Positions 1-9,494 of a stretch of 32,000 nt of DNA are shown here, in pieces. This DNA comes from Vibrio alginolyticus NBRC 15630 = ATCC 17749 (GTDB lineage Bacteria; Pseudomonadota; Gammaproteobacteria; Enterobacterales; Vibrionaceae): the NCBI RefSeq assembly GCF_000354175.2, contig NC_022349.1:510001-542000 (forward strand), written 5' to 3'. Position numbers and translations under genes: made by a program. Positions within the stretch are counted from its first letter, which is position 1. Each line of letters begins with the position of its first letter. The notes below the pieces were generated by a model, which ran no database searches, was not told the origin of the DNA, and saw nothing but the letters and a program-made list of their open reading frames with translations.

Positions 1-3000
1 CAACAGAGCCGGATGGTGATTCTGCTGAAACCCCTCTTAAAGTGGAAATGGAAATATCACCTATTGTTGATCAAACTGACGGTCAAGAATTACAAAGCAA
101 TGGTGTTGAGGACAATTTCATCACACTAAATCTTGAGCCTGTCGTTAATCAAGATATAGATTCTAGTGAGTCCTTGACAGGATACACCATTGTATCCATT
201 CCAGATGGCTTAACACTTTACTTTGATGGTAATGCAGTAGAGGAAAGTAATTTACCGTTAGAACTCAATGAACTACTCGATGGTAGCTCGGCAACATTAT
301 CTGAGTTGTTAAACAGTGGACGAATCACTGTAAAAGCTAATGAAGACCTAAGTGGGACATTTAGCCTGGAAGTTCAGTACGAAGTGACAGACACGTCTCC
401 GACGATGGAGACTGATGTAAAGGCAATCAATGGCTCTTTGAGCGTCGTGGTTTCTGGCAAAGTGGATATTGGTAATGAAGATATTGACAAAACACGTTTA
501 GAAGGCGCGACTGAAGTATTCACAAGTACGGATGGGTCTGCTGTTGACGTGAGTGGAGGCATTACATTTACAGAAGCGGATATTGATGGTTCAGAGTATC
601 TCGATTACATCGTTTTACAGATACCGCAGGGTCAAGACCTCATTGTTACTCATCCGAACGGTGCTTCTCAAGATGCCGATGGGAACTGGCTGATTCCAAT
701 GGAAGGAATCACAAGTGATAGCGTGTTGGAAACCGCTCAAGATTTGCTTGCTGGCGCATCGATTTATAGCCCATCTAATACAGAGATACTTGATGTGAAT
801 GTGTTAGCGTATGTTCGAGATGGAACGGATGCTCAATACATCACAGGTCAGTTCCAAATTCAAATTACTGGCCATGAAGGAGATGGAGACCAGTGTGCTG
901 ATCCTGGTGAACCAGGAAGCGTTCAAAGTGGGGATATTGTAGGTAAAGAAGGTGAAGATGTCTCAATTGGGGCGTTTTTAAACCCTGATGTAGCGAGTAG
1001 TGATGGTAACTTAGTTTCCTTCTTTGTCGCCGCAGATTCTTTACCTGAAGGAGTCGAGCTTACTGGCGAAGGTGTGATACCTGCTTATGATAATGCGGGC
1101 AATCTGTTAGGTTATTCAATTTCTAGCGCTGGATTGTCTTCCTTGACGCTTACTGGCGTGGATGAGGACTTTGCTGGTTGCATTACTTTCAATTTAGAAG
1201 TGACAGAAACGGCCCCATGCGATGGTGACTCGAAAACAACCGCTCAGACCATTACGGTACAAATCTCTCCTGTTGTCGATGATATCGCGATAGCACCAAG
1301 CCAAGTTACGGTTCAAGAAGATACTATAACCAACCTGAATCTTGCTCTTGTATTGGGCGATAGTGAAGGACCAATGCAGTCCATTACTGGAGAAGGTGAC
1401 GCAGCGACTGGCCTTGAAAGTGTCAATTGGGTTTCTTTATCGGTGTCTGACGAGAATGCGCGGTTTACGGCCGTGGACCCGAGCCTACTCATTGACAACG
1501 GTGATGGAACATGGGTAGTGACAGATGTTACGCGTCTAAACGAAATTCAGTTAATCCCACCTGAAAACTACAGTGGAGAGCTTGTTATTTCCGTTGACGC
1601 AAACATTACTGATGAAGTCACGGGAAGTTGTTTAAGTACTGACAGTGCGAAAGATACTCAAACTAAATCAACAGAAGTTACCGTTACCATTGCCCCAGTG
1701 GTTGATAAAGCGGTTCTGGAAACAGAAGACGTAGTTGGTGATGAAGATAATTATATTTATTTAGGAAACTTATCTGCATCATTAATCGATCAAGATGGTT
1801 CTGAGTCGATGTCTTTGGTCATGACAGGAGTGCCAGACGGAGCCGTGTTGGTTTGGGACAATAATGGGACGTTCGAATTACTCCCTGATAACGGTTCAAC
1901 GGATGGTGAGAGCAAGGAGTGGCAGCTAACTCAAGCACAACTTGATAAGGTTTACTTTCTACCGCCACTAGATTTTAGTGGGGATATTTCATTAACACTG
2001 CAAGCTATTACCCAAGAGTCTGGATCAAACGACTATAACTATACCACTTCTCAGTTCAACGTCGGCGTAAAACCGATTGGCGATGATGTATCGTTGAATA
2101 CAACCTCTAACACGTTCACTGGAGATGAAGGTGATTCCATTTCGATTGACTTTTTAGCGAGCGGTTTTGAAACAAATAGCAACGAATATATAGAAGTGTC
2201 GATGTTGATCAAAGCAAGCTCTGAACCCTCTGCATTGGAAGGCTTAGGTAGGATTCGTATCGGGACTCAATTCTCATCCTTTACCTTCGATGACGCGGGC
2301 AATGCCGTGGCGACGGTATTAGTGCGAGCAAATGAAGTGTCAGGTTTGGAGTTCGTTCCGAAGGATGCATTTGGAACGATGGATGTTGCTCTCAATGTTA
2401 GAACGTTTGATCAAGCGATAGTGTCAGGGAAACTCGAAACCGATTTTGGAGATGTGCAAAGCACCGATCTAACCATTGTTGTTACCCCTGAAGCTGATGA
2501 ACCAACACTAACGGCCGATTATCAATCTATTGTGTCTGAAGCGTCTGGGAGTATTCCTTTAGGGTTGAGCATGAATTTAGTCAACCCTGCACCCGAAGAG
2601 TTTGGAAGTGTGGAGATTCGCGGATTACCAACAGATCTAGAGTTGAGTCATGGTGAAAGATTGAACGGCTTTTATACTGTTGATCAAGAGGATGTCGCTG
2701 ATCTTTCCATCGTTGGCGGGTTTAGCGGTGCAAGTGATTTTACGTTGTCGATAAAACCGATTGCAACACTGGGTGCTACAGTCGCAGAAGGTGCTGCTCA
2801 GACAGTCAATGTTGCCTTAGTGGAAGAGGGTGACCAAACATTACTTGCGACAGATGCTAATGATTTGCTTATTGGAGGAAGTGGCAGCGATGTATTCGAG
2901 TTTGACAGTTCAGGGCTCGGTAACGAGTTAAAGCCCTCGTACGATGTGATCAACGACTTCCAAATATCCGTTATTGGTGATGATAATGACACAATTGATA

Positions 3001-3242
3001 TCGCCTCGATAATCACCGCTACCTCGATAACAGAAGTCGATAATAAGCTCGATTTAACAGAGAATGATGATGGCGTAACGCTTCACATAAAACCAGAAGA
3101 GACGGGGACAAAACAACAGATTCTTATGCAGGGCGTCACTCTCGATCAGCTTTACAAAGGTGACTCGACTGGCGTAGCCGAAGAAAATGTCTTACAGAAG
3201 ATGATTGATGACAACAACTTGCTAGTAGGTGGTATGTCATGA
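1..3242 (+). CDS. Giant repeat adhesin / RTX-like type I secretion substrate, C-terminal ~1080 codons (5' end truncated by the window edge)
   Basis: The reading frame is open from nt 3 (TEPDGDSAETPLK...) with no stop upstream of the GTG at 42, so the track start is an artefact. The sequence is very acidic and rich in D/E/T/S/G/V. It contains tandem divergent ~130-aa modules. The C-terminus has a glycine-rich nonapeptide-like GGSGSDVF (nt 2874-2897) followed by a DVINDF...DTIDIASI block, as in VC_A0849-subclass T1SS target domains. Its stop overlaps the start of the downstream ABC exporter (ATGA at 3239-3242). Confidence 0.85.
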   Translation, partial: TEPDGDSAETPLKVEMEISPIVDQTDGQELQSNGVEDNFITLNLEPVVNQDIDSSESLTGYTIVSIPDGLTLYFDGNAVEESNLPLELNELLDGSSATLSELLNSGRITVKANEDLSGTFSLEVQYEVTDTSPTMETDVKAINGSLSVVVSGKVDIGNEDIDKTRLEGATEVFTSTDGSAVDVSGGITFTEADIDGSEYLDYIVLQIPQGQDLIVTHPNGASQDADGNWLIPMEGITSDSVLETAQDLLAGASIYSPSNTEILDVNVLAYVRDGTDAQYITGQFQIQITGHEGDGDQCADPGEPGSVQSGDIVGKEGEDVSIGAFLNPDVASSDGNLVSFFVAADSLPEGVELTGEGVIPAYDNAGNLLGYSISSAGLSSLTLTGVDEDFAGCITFNLEVTETAPCDGDSKTTAQTITVQISPVVDDIAIAPSQVTVQEDTITNLNLALVLGDSEGPMQSITGEGDAATGLESVNWVSLSVSDENARFTAVDPSLLIDNGDGTWVVTDVTRLNEIQLIPPENYSGELVISVDANITDEVTGSCLSTDSAKDTQTKSTEVTVTIAPVVDKAVLETEDVVGDEDNYIYLGNLSASLIDQDGSESMSLVMTGVPDGAVLVWDNNGTFELLPDNGSTDGESKEWQLTQAQLDKVYFLPPLDFSGDISLTLQAITQESGSNDYNYTTSQFNVGVKPIGDDVSLNTTSNTFTGDEGDSISIDFLASGFETNSNEYIEVSMLIKASSEPSALEGLGRIRIGTQFSSFTFDDAGNAVATVLVRANEVSGLEFVPKDAFGTMDVALNVRTFDQAIVSGKLETDFGDVQSTDLTIVVTPEADEPTLTADYQSIVSEASGSIPLGLSMNLVNPAPEEFGSVEIRGLPTDLELSHGERLNGFYTVDQEDVADLSIVGGFSGASDFTLSIKPIATLGATVAEGAAQTVNVALVEEGDQTLLATDANDLLIGGSGSDVFEFDSSGLGNELKPSYDVINDFQISVIGDDNDTIDIASIITATSITEVDNKLDLTENDDGVTLHIKPEETGTKQQILMQGVTLDQLYKGDSTGVAEENVLQKMIDDNNLLVGGMS
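54..2830 (+). repeat. About seven divergent tandem protein modules of roughly 125-145 aa (T1SS-143-like repeat domains) within the adhesin
   Basis: Module-start anchors are ISPIVDQ (nt 54), ISPVVDD (1263), IAPVVDK (1689), VKPIGDD (2067) and VTPEADE (2481). The last four are spaced 126-142 codons apart. Two weaker boundaries lie near nt 462 and 897. Each module has a G-EDxxIxL ... DxDGSE ... (I/V)xGxPxGxxL core, e.g. VVGDEDNYIYLGNLSASLIDQDGSESMSLVMTGVPDGAVL. The repeats are visible at protein level only; the DNA copies are not identical. Confidence 0.6.
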
Positions 3243-5410
3243 AGCATCACTCATCCTCATCAAGTGAGCTGACTAACGATCCTTGGGGGCATTCGTTAAC
3301 TTGGTTGATGCGTTATTTTGAGGTTAGACACCATACAAAAAAGGTGCTTTCTGGATTACCTCTTGTTGAGGGTAGATTGGATGTTGACTTATTCATCAGA
3401 GCCGCTGAGCGAGCCGATCTTGAACTCACATTAATCGATTTAAAATCCACCGCAATGTTGAGCTTTCCATTGGTGGTAATCAATAGGAAGACGTTACAAC
3501 CCGCTATTATATCTGAGCGACATAACAGCGATTATCAAGTCACGTTATTTAGTGAAGATCAAGGTGAAACGCAATACGTCACGAGCGAGGAGCTGCATAA
3601 TCAATTCCAGCCTCAAGCATGGCAAGTTTCTATGCGTCCAGAGCTGGACAAACGGATAAGTTCTATTCAAGCGGATTATAATGAACATTGGCTTTTCGCC
3701 GTAGTGAAAGAAATGTCTCCGTGGTATCGAGATCTTTTGATTGCCTCTTTCCTTATCAATACGCTAGCGCTAGTTATTCCGCTTTTCACTATGAACGTTT
3801 ACGATCGTGTAGTGCCTAATCAAGCTTTCAGTACATTATGGGTTTTGGTCGCTGGTGTCTCCGTCATCATTATTTTTGATTGGCTATTGCGTAAAGCAAG
3901 GGGAGTTGTCACTGATACCGCGGGTAAGTACATCGATAACAAGCTTTCTTCGATACTTTTTTCTAAAGTTATGGGGATGAAACTTGAACACCGTCCTGCA
4001 TCAGTCGGTGCATTCGCTCGACAACTACAAGATTTTGATAGTGTTCGCGATTTTTTTACTTCTGCATCTCTTGTGACCTTAGTTGATCTCCCATTTACGT
4101 TGTTATTTTTAGTCTTAATAGGTTGGCTAGGTGGGGCAATGATGTTCATACCTATTGCCGTCATGTTTACCCTGCTGATCCTTGGCTTTGCGGTAAAAGC
4201 AAAAATAGAACAATCACATACGGAAAGTGCTGCACTATCCATGAAGCGACAAGCTCACTTGTTTGATTCATTGTCCTCTTTAAAAGAGATTAAGCAAAAT
4301 AACGCTACGGGAGAAGCACAAAAGCGTTGGGAGCAAACGGTATCCATGCTTTCTGATTGGCAAAATCAATCGCGAAACTATTCGAATATCGTTGCTTACT
4401 CCATTCAATCTAGCCAGCAGATAATTACCGTAATGTTACTTGTAACAGGCGTGTACAGAATTTCTGAGGGATTGCTCAGCATGGGGGGGCTCATTGCTAT
4501 TGTCATGCTGAGCGGTCGTGCTGCAGGGGCGATTAACCAGTTAGCTATGCTGTTACTTCGCTATCAACAGACAAAAACAGCGGTTGAAGGCTTAAATTCT
4601 ATCATGTCTTTACCTCAGGAGGTGCAACGCAGTCAGGTCATTACGTCTGCCGAATTTACAGGGAATATACGTTTAGAAAACGTGAGCTTCCAATACCCAG
4701 ATGTTGATATGCCATGTTTGAGAGATATTAATCTTACTATCAAGCAAGGCGAACGCGTTGGCGTTATTGGTAGTGCAGGAGCAGGAAAGTCTACACTCCT
4801 TTCTATTATTGCCAATCAACTCAGTACCTTACAGGGTAGCGTTTATTTTGATGACATTGACAGTCAGCTTTGGCCCGCCGAATTGATAAGAGAGAAAACG
4901 GGTTGGGTTGGCCAAGATTCGCATCTTATATACGGCAGCATTATGGAAAACATAGTATTAGGACATCATGTTATTGATCAAGAACGATTACGCCGTGCGA
5001 TAGAATTATCGGGTTTGAACCAGTACATGAGTCGCCTTCCTCATGGTCTAGAAACGCAAGTCGGAGAAGGAGGGCGTTATTTGTCGGGGGGGCAAAGGCA
5101 AGCTGTAGCGATTTCAAGAGCTTTTTATCGAAACCCAGCAGCATTAATTTTAGACGAGCCAACCAGTTCCTTAGACCAACCTGCTGAGAATGCGTTGTTT
5201 AATGCTCTTAAATCGTTGCCGCACTCGACGACGATGATTATTAGCTCTCATAAACATTCCTTATTATCGCTTTGTGATCGAATTGTTGTGCTTGATAAAG
5301 GCGCAATTTTGAGGGAAGGATCGCCCCAAGAAATTTTTGCTAAACAACAGTCTAACGCGAAGACGAACAGAGTACGCGCAGTATCAATTGTACGCGAAGG
5401 AGGTCAATGA
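3239..5410 (+). CDS. T1SS ABC permease/ATPase with an N-terminal non-catalytic C39-like domain (LssB/LapB-like)
   Basis: The 723-aa product has a ~150-aa N-terminal domain without the C39 catalytic-Cys motif, then six predicted TM helices. The NBD carries Walker A GSAGAGKST, the signature LSGGQRQ and Walker B LILDEPTS. An AGGTGG SD sits 6 nt upstream of the ATG. The gene overlaps both neighbours. Confidence 0.9.
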   Translation: MKHHSSSSSELTNDPWGHSLTWLMRYFEVRHHTKKVLSGLPLVEGRLDVDLFIRAAERADLELTLIDLKSTAMLSFPLVVINRKTLQPAIISERHNSDYQVTLFSEDQGETQYVTSEELHNQFQPQAWQVSMRPELDKRISSIQADYNEHWLFAVVKEMSPWYRDLLIASFLINTLALVIPLFTMNVYDRVVPNQAFSTLWVLVAGVSVIIIFDWLLRKARGVVTDTAGKYIDNKLSSILFSKVMGMKLEHRPASVGAFARQLQDFDSVRDFFTSASLVTLVDLPFTLLFLVLIGWLGGAMMFIPIAVMFTLLILGFAVKAKIEQSHTESAALSMKRQAHLFDSLSSLKEIKQNNATGEAQKRWEQTVSMLSDWQNQSRNYSNIVAYSIQSSQQIITVMLLVTGVYRISEGLLSMGGLIAIVMLSGRAAGAINQLAMLLLRYQQTKTAVEGLNSIMSLPQEVQRSQVITSAEFTGNIRLENVSFQYPDVDMPCLRDINLTIKQGERVGVIGSAGAGKSTLLSIIANQLSTLQGSVYFDDIDSQLWPAELIREKTGWVGQDSHLIYGSIMENIVLGHHVIDQERLRRAIELSGLNQYMSRLPHGLETQVGEGGRYLSGGQRQAVAISRAFYRNPAALILDEPTSSLDQPAENALFNALKSLPHSTTMIISSHKHSLLSLCDRIVVLDKGAILREGSPQEIFAKQQSNAKTNRVRAVSIVREGGQ

Positions 5411-6720
5411 TGAGCACAGTTCGTTGGAGTAATGCTCATTTAGCAAACCGTTCGAGAACGTTGATTTGGTTGTCTGCCGCGTTAGTGCTGAGTGTGATTA
5501 TTTGGGCCTCGTGGGCGAGGTTAGACGAAGTGGTTGTCGGCGAAGGAAAAGTTGTTCCTACTTTGTCTGTTCAGACGATTCAGAGCTTAGAGGGAGGCAT
5601 TCTAAAGGAGTTACTTGTCATGCCTGGTGAAAGCGTCACTAAGGGGCAAACCATCGCCATTCTGGATGATACAAGGTTTAAGTCGACCTATTCGGAGACC
5701 TCTGAACAAGTAGAATCTTTGCTCGCCAGAAAGCAGAGGCTTCAAATTGAATTAGAAACGGTAAAAGTGAATAGCCTCCAACTGGATTGGAAACAACAAG
5801 TGAGTATCGAGCCTCAGCCATTTGATATTTCGATGACCGGCCACTCTGCCTATCTGAATGCCAAAGCAAACTATCTTGAGCGGTTGAGCCAACTGGAGTC
5901 TGAGCTGGAGGAGGCTAAATTGCGAATTGAGCAACAATCGCAAGCTTATCTAGATACCTTGAATACCATTCAAACACTAAAAAGCAGTCTGGTTATTGTC
6001 TCGAAAGAGCGAGATATGTTGAGAGAGGTGGTTTCTAGTGGCGCGGTGGCTGAAGTGGAATTATTAAAACTGAATAGAGACGTTATAAAGCTCAAAGGAG
6101 ACATCGCGAGTTCACAAGCTGCTGCCCAAAAGCAAAGGGCTGTGTATTCTGAATCCATCGCAGATTATCGTGGTACTGCGCTTGCTTTTAGGGCAGAGGC
6201 ACAAGGGCAGCTCAATGAAGTTGTGACGCAACTAGCGCAGCTCAATGAAAGTCGTCAGGCGATTGCGGATCAGTTGAATCGAACGCAGTTACTTTCTCCG
6301 GTCGATGGAACCATCAAAGATGTTTTTGTCAGAACCATCGGAGGTGTGGTTAAGCCGGGTGAGCCTATTTTAGAAATAGTCCCTCGTAATAGCACGTTAA
6401 TCGTTGAAGCGAGAATTTCTCCTCAGAATATCGCCTTCATAAGGCCTGGCCTGCCGGCAACGGTAAAGTTGTCTGCCTATGACTTTGTCATTTACGGAGG
6501 CCTAGAAGGAGAAGTGACCTACGTAAGCGCCGATGCACTTCAAAATGAAGAGGGCAATGCCTACTACCGTGCCAACGTTACTTTCAAGGTTGATGATAAG
6601 TTTACGATCATCCCGGGAATGCAGGTTGTGGTAGACATTCTTACAGGAGAAAAAACAGTACTGAATTATTGGTTAAAACCTATATTACGTGCGAAAGAGA
6701 ATTCGCTCAGAGAAAGATAG
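5407..6720 (+). CDS. HlyD-family T1SS membrane fusion (periplasmic adaptor) protein
   Basis: The 437-aa product has one N-terminal TM segment (LIWLSAALVLSVIIWASWA). It also has a long central coiled-coil region and a C-terminal beta-barrel region (LLSPVDGTIKDV..., VVDILTGEKTVLNYWLKPI). A GAAGGAGG SD is present, and ATGA overlaps the ABC gene stop. Confidence 0.9.
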   Translation: MMSTVRWSNAHLANRSRTLIWLSAALVLSVIIWASWARLDEVVVGEGKVVPTLSVQTIQSLEGGILKELLVMPGESVTKGQTIAILDDTRFKSTYSETSEQVESLLARKQRLQIELETVKVNSLQLDWKQQVSIEPQPFDISMTGHSAYLNAKANYLERLSQLESELEEAKLRIEQQSQAYLDTLNTIQTLKSSLVIVSKERDMLREVVSSGAVAEVELLKLNRDVIKLKGDIASSQAAAQKQRAVYSESIADYRGTALAFRAEAQGQLNEVVTQLAQLNESRQAIADQLNRTQLLSPVDGTIKDVFVRTIGGVVKPGEPILEIVPRNSTLIVEARISPQNIAFIRPGLPATVKLSAYDFVIYGGLEGEVTYVSADALQNEEGNAYYRANVTFKVDDKFTIIPGMQVVVDILTGEKTVLNYWLKPILRAKENSLRER

Positions 6721-6735
6721 ACATAAGGATATAAG

Positions 6736-8049
6736 ATGCGGCTTAAATCAACGTTATTGGTCTTGTTTGCAGTATCATCGTCGCCAAACGCTTTGACTTT
6801 AGAAGAGTCAGTTACGTTATCTCTCGATAGCTCCCCCAGTTTGCTTGCTCGCTATTCTCGCTATGAGTCGATGGTACGAGACCGAAATGCCATAAATGGT
6901 TCATTTCTTCCTCAGGTTAATTTGTATGCAGCAGCAGGGTACGAAGGTACTCGATATAACAACGGAAACTACATCGACAGTGAAGATAGAACATTAGAAA
7001 GAACGGAGATGGGCGTAAGAATCTCCCAACTGTTATTTGATGGATTTAAAACAAGTGCTGATGTTGATCGCCTATCTTACGAGGCTGAAGCTGAACGCTT
7101 GGACTTATTGGCATCTGCGGAAAATGTTGCATTAGATACTGTCAGAGCGTATGTGGATGTTTTACATGCCCGAGAGTTGATGAAACTGACAGAAAGAAAC
7201 CTAAATGAACACCAAGAGATCTACCGTTTCATTCTAGATAAAAAAGAAAAAGGTTTAACCAGCAACTCCGACTTAGCGCAGGTTTCTTCGCGTGTCGCGA
7301 CAACACAGTCCTCATTGATTGCCGCCCAAAACAATCTTTCCGATGCTAGAACAAGATTTGTACGTTTGGTTGGTCGAGCGCCACAAAACTTAGTTGAACC
7401 TGTTTACCCGCAGGAGTTGCTTCCGAATAAGCTTGACGAAGCACTCAAACAAGCGGTTAGGTTGCACCCATCCATACAGTCAGCGATGAAAGATTTAGAG
7501 GCGGCTCGACATGAAGTAAAAAGAGAAAAGGGGGATTACTACCCAGAGCTCAAGCTTGAGCTGTCAGCCAACAAAACAGACAACGTGGATAATATTGAAG
7601 GCATTAACGAAGATGCAAAGGTTATGCTGACGGTCAACTACGATCTTTTTAACGGCTTTTCTACAGACTCCCGAGTGGAGTCATCTGCCTGGCGAGTAGA
7701 GGAGGCGAGGGCTATTCGAGCAAATGCAGAACTAGATGCGAATGAAGGTGTAAGGCTGGCATGGGACGCACATACATTGCTTCAACAGCAAATGGAGTTT
7801 TTAAAAGTCAACGTTGATGCGGCGAAAGTAACTGAATTAGGGTACATCCAGCAGTTCAATGTAGGGCGACGCAGTTTGTTAGATGTATTAGATGCCAAAG
7901 TTGAAACGTTTGTTGCGAGACGGAACTACACCCGAACAAAGTACGATCATTTGGTTGCCACTTACCGTTTATTCAACTCGATGGGGATTCTGACTTATGC
8001 GTTGCGAGTTGAGTATCCAGAGAACTGGAAGGAGAACAATAATGGATAA
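6736..8049 (+). CDS. TolC-family outer membrane channel dedicated to the T1SS
   Basis: The 437-aa product has a signal peptide and two TolC-type repeats (LTLEESVTLSLDSSPSLLA...; LDEALKQAVRLHPSIQSA...). An AAGGA SD is present. It sits directly after the ABC and MFP genes. Confidence 0.85.
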   Translation: MRLKSTLLVLFAVSSSPNALTLEESVTLSLDSSPSLLARYSRYESMVRDRNAINGSFLPQVNLYAAAGYEGTRYNNGNYIDSEDRTLERTEMGVRISQLLFDGFKTSADVDRLSYEAEAERLDLLASAENVALDTVRAYVDVLHARELMKLTERNLNEHQEIYRFILDKKEKGLTSNSDLAQVSSRVATTQSSLIAAQNNLSDARTRFVRLVGRAPQNLVEPVYPQELLPNKLDEALKQAVRLHPSIQSAMKDLEAARHEVKREKGDYYPELKLELSANKTDNVDNIEGINEDAKVMLTVNYDLFNGFSTDSRVESSAWRVEEARAIRANAELDANEGVRLAWDAHTLLQQQMEFLKVNVDAAKVTELGYIQQFNVGRRSLLDVLDAKVETFVARRNYTRTKYDHLVATYRLFNSMGILTYALRVEYPENWKENNNG

Positions 8050-8662
8050 ATTCGCAGTGACGAGTCTTCTAGTTTTCATGTTAGCGGGCTGTGCTGAATC
8101 ACCGGATACGACGTTGACCACTTACCAGTACAACGACCTTAAAGACAATGATAGTGATGGCGTGATAAACCAACGAGATAACTGCGCAGATACGCCAAAA
8201 GGTGTCGTTGTTGACAGTGAAGGTTGTGCGAATTGGGTCAACGACTCGCAGACACACCTGATCAGTTTTTTCTTTGTGATGGATGAGCATCAGGTAACGC
8301 CATCTCATGATATGCCGCTAAGCGAGTTGAAAGCACTGCTTCAGAGTAACCCAAATGCGCAAGTCATACTGATAGGAGACACAAGCCCTGAAGCGTCACT
8401 CGAATACAACAAAGCGTTGGCAAAGAAAAGGACGGCAGCTATACGAGAATTGCTAGTGAGAAACGGCATTCAAGATAATCGAATTGAAGAGCAAGAGTTT
8501 TATCAGAATACGGCATTGACGGTACAACTAAAAAAACGGGAAAGGCGCACAATTGCTGTTGTAAACACGAAAGCTGAAAGTACTGAACAAGCGTGGACTA
8601 TATTTAGTTCGGACAGCGAGTTGACACCTAATTCGAAGTTGGAGTTGAATTATGAAAATTAA
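8042..8662 (+). CDS. OmpA-family lipoprotein with a thrombospondin type-3-like Ca-binding repeat
   Basis: I prefer the ATG at 8042, which gives MDKFAVTSLLVFMLAGC with a lipobox LAGC. It overlaps the TolC stop by 8 nt. DNDSDGVINQRDNCADTPKG is a TSP3-like repeat. The C-terminal half matches the OmpA_C pattern (ILIGDTSPEASLEYNKALAKKRTAAIRELLVRNG). Confidence 0.75.
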   Translation: MDKFAVTSLLVFMLAGCAESPDTTLTTYQYNDLKDNDSDGVINQRDNCADTPKGVVVDSEGCANWVNDSQTHLISFFFVMDEHQVTPSHDMPLSELKALLQSNPNAQVILIGDTSPEASLEYNKALAKKRTAAIRELLVRNGIQDNRIEEQEFYQNTALTVQLKKRERRTIAVVNTKAESTEQAWTIFSSDSELTPNSKLELNYEN

Positions 8663-9494
8663 AGTCTTGCCTTTCTTTGCTCTAGCTTCATGTTTGATTT
8701 CACCGCTGGCATTTGCTGACTCTGAGGCTCGAACATCGATTTTTGTCGAACCAGAGATACTAGAAACGATAGAAACATTGATAGATGAGCCAAGTGTAAA
8801 TGTAGCGCTTGCATCTCAGTCTGGTGGTTTTAACGACATGCTAAATGACGGGACCTCTATTGCGATCACATCTAAGAAATGGTCAGATGAAAACATCTCT
8901 CGATTTCAACGAGAAAGAGGCCACAGGCCTATACGTTTGTTTTTAATGGCAAACGCTATTGTCGTAATCAATAGTCAAAAGAGTACGGTAGATAGTGTTT
9001 CCGTTAGTGAATTGAAACGCTGTGATGCAAATACGTATGCTTTCGGGGAGATGCGTTTAAGTAACCCAGATGTGAGCTCTAATGGTTGTCAATCATCGAT
9101 TCAAAAGCTTGATGAAGACCGATTGAAACGCGCTTTAAGTGACGACTTTTTAGCCAAAGCTTATATGCGATACTCCGATTTTAAATACTCAGAACAGTGG
9201 TCGAGCTACAAGGCTCTCTCTGTTCATCATAACGATGACTCATGCTCTTTGAGCACAGATTGCATCTATTCTCTTCGCTATCCATTTTCCGTGGTCTATT
9301 ACGTTTATATAAATAAACAATTCGACACTAATCAGAAGATCAAAAAATCAAAGCTATTTGAACTCCTTACAACCGACAACAATACACAACAGGTACGAAA
9401 TACTGGGTTTATTCCACTACCAAAAGCGCTTATTAAAATAAATAGGGTGAAGTTAGGGCTAGATGAGCCAGTTGTTTTAAACGGGTATAAATAA
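8652..9494 (+). CDS. Secreted periplasmic protein, degenerate PstS-like (PBP_like_2) substrate-binding fold
   Basis: The signal peptide is MKIKVLPFFALASCLISPLAFA. A GGAG SD sits 7 nt upstream, and the start overlaps the OmpA-like gene by 11 nt. The segment SQSGGFNDMLNDGTSIAITSKKW...IRLFLMANAIVVINSQKSTVDSVSVSELKR resembles the GSGxG...DIAxSSR...DAxxVVVNxxN...LTxxQL pattern of PstS-like proteins. The N-lobe GS(S/T)T motif is absent. The family call rests on my pattern recall only. Confidence 0.45.
   Translation: MKIKVLPFFALASCLISPLAFADSEARTSIFVEPEILETIETLIDEPSVNVALASQSGGFNDMLNDGTSIAITSKKWSDENISRFQRERGHRPIRLFLMANAIVVINSQKSTVDSVSVSELKRCDANTYAFGEMRLSNPDVSSNGCQSSIQKLDEDRLKRALSDDFLAKAYMRYSDFKYSEQWSSYKALSVHHNDDSCSLSTDCIYSLRYPFSVVYYVYINKQFDTNQKIKKSKLFELLTTDNNTQQVRNTGFIPLPKALIKINRVKLGLDEPVVLNGYK

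Noticed and set aside
3820-4242. 140-aa ORF antisense to the T1SS ABC exporter
   Set aside because: It is embedded in the TM domain of a confidently called gene. Its composition is low-complexity and basic, and it has no domain signature.
7997-8041. Upstream track starts for several ORFs (7997, 10421, 15202, 15888, 22850, 12143, 18670)
   Set aside because: In each case a downstream ATG has a properly spaced SD and gives a sensible N-terminus, such as a lipoprotein signal or a Rossmann motif. The longer forms would overlap the preceding gene or lack an SD.
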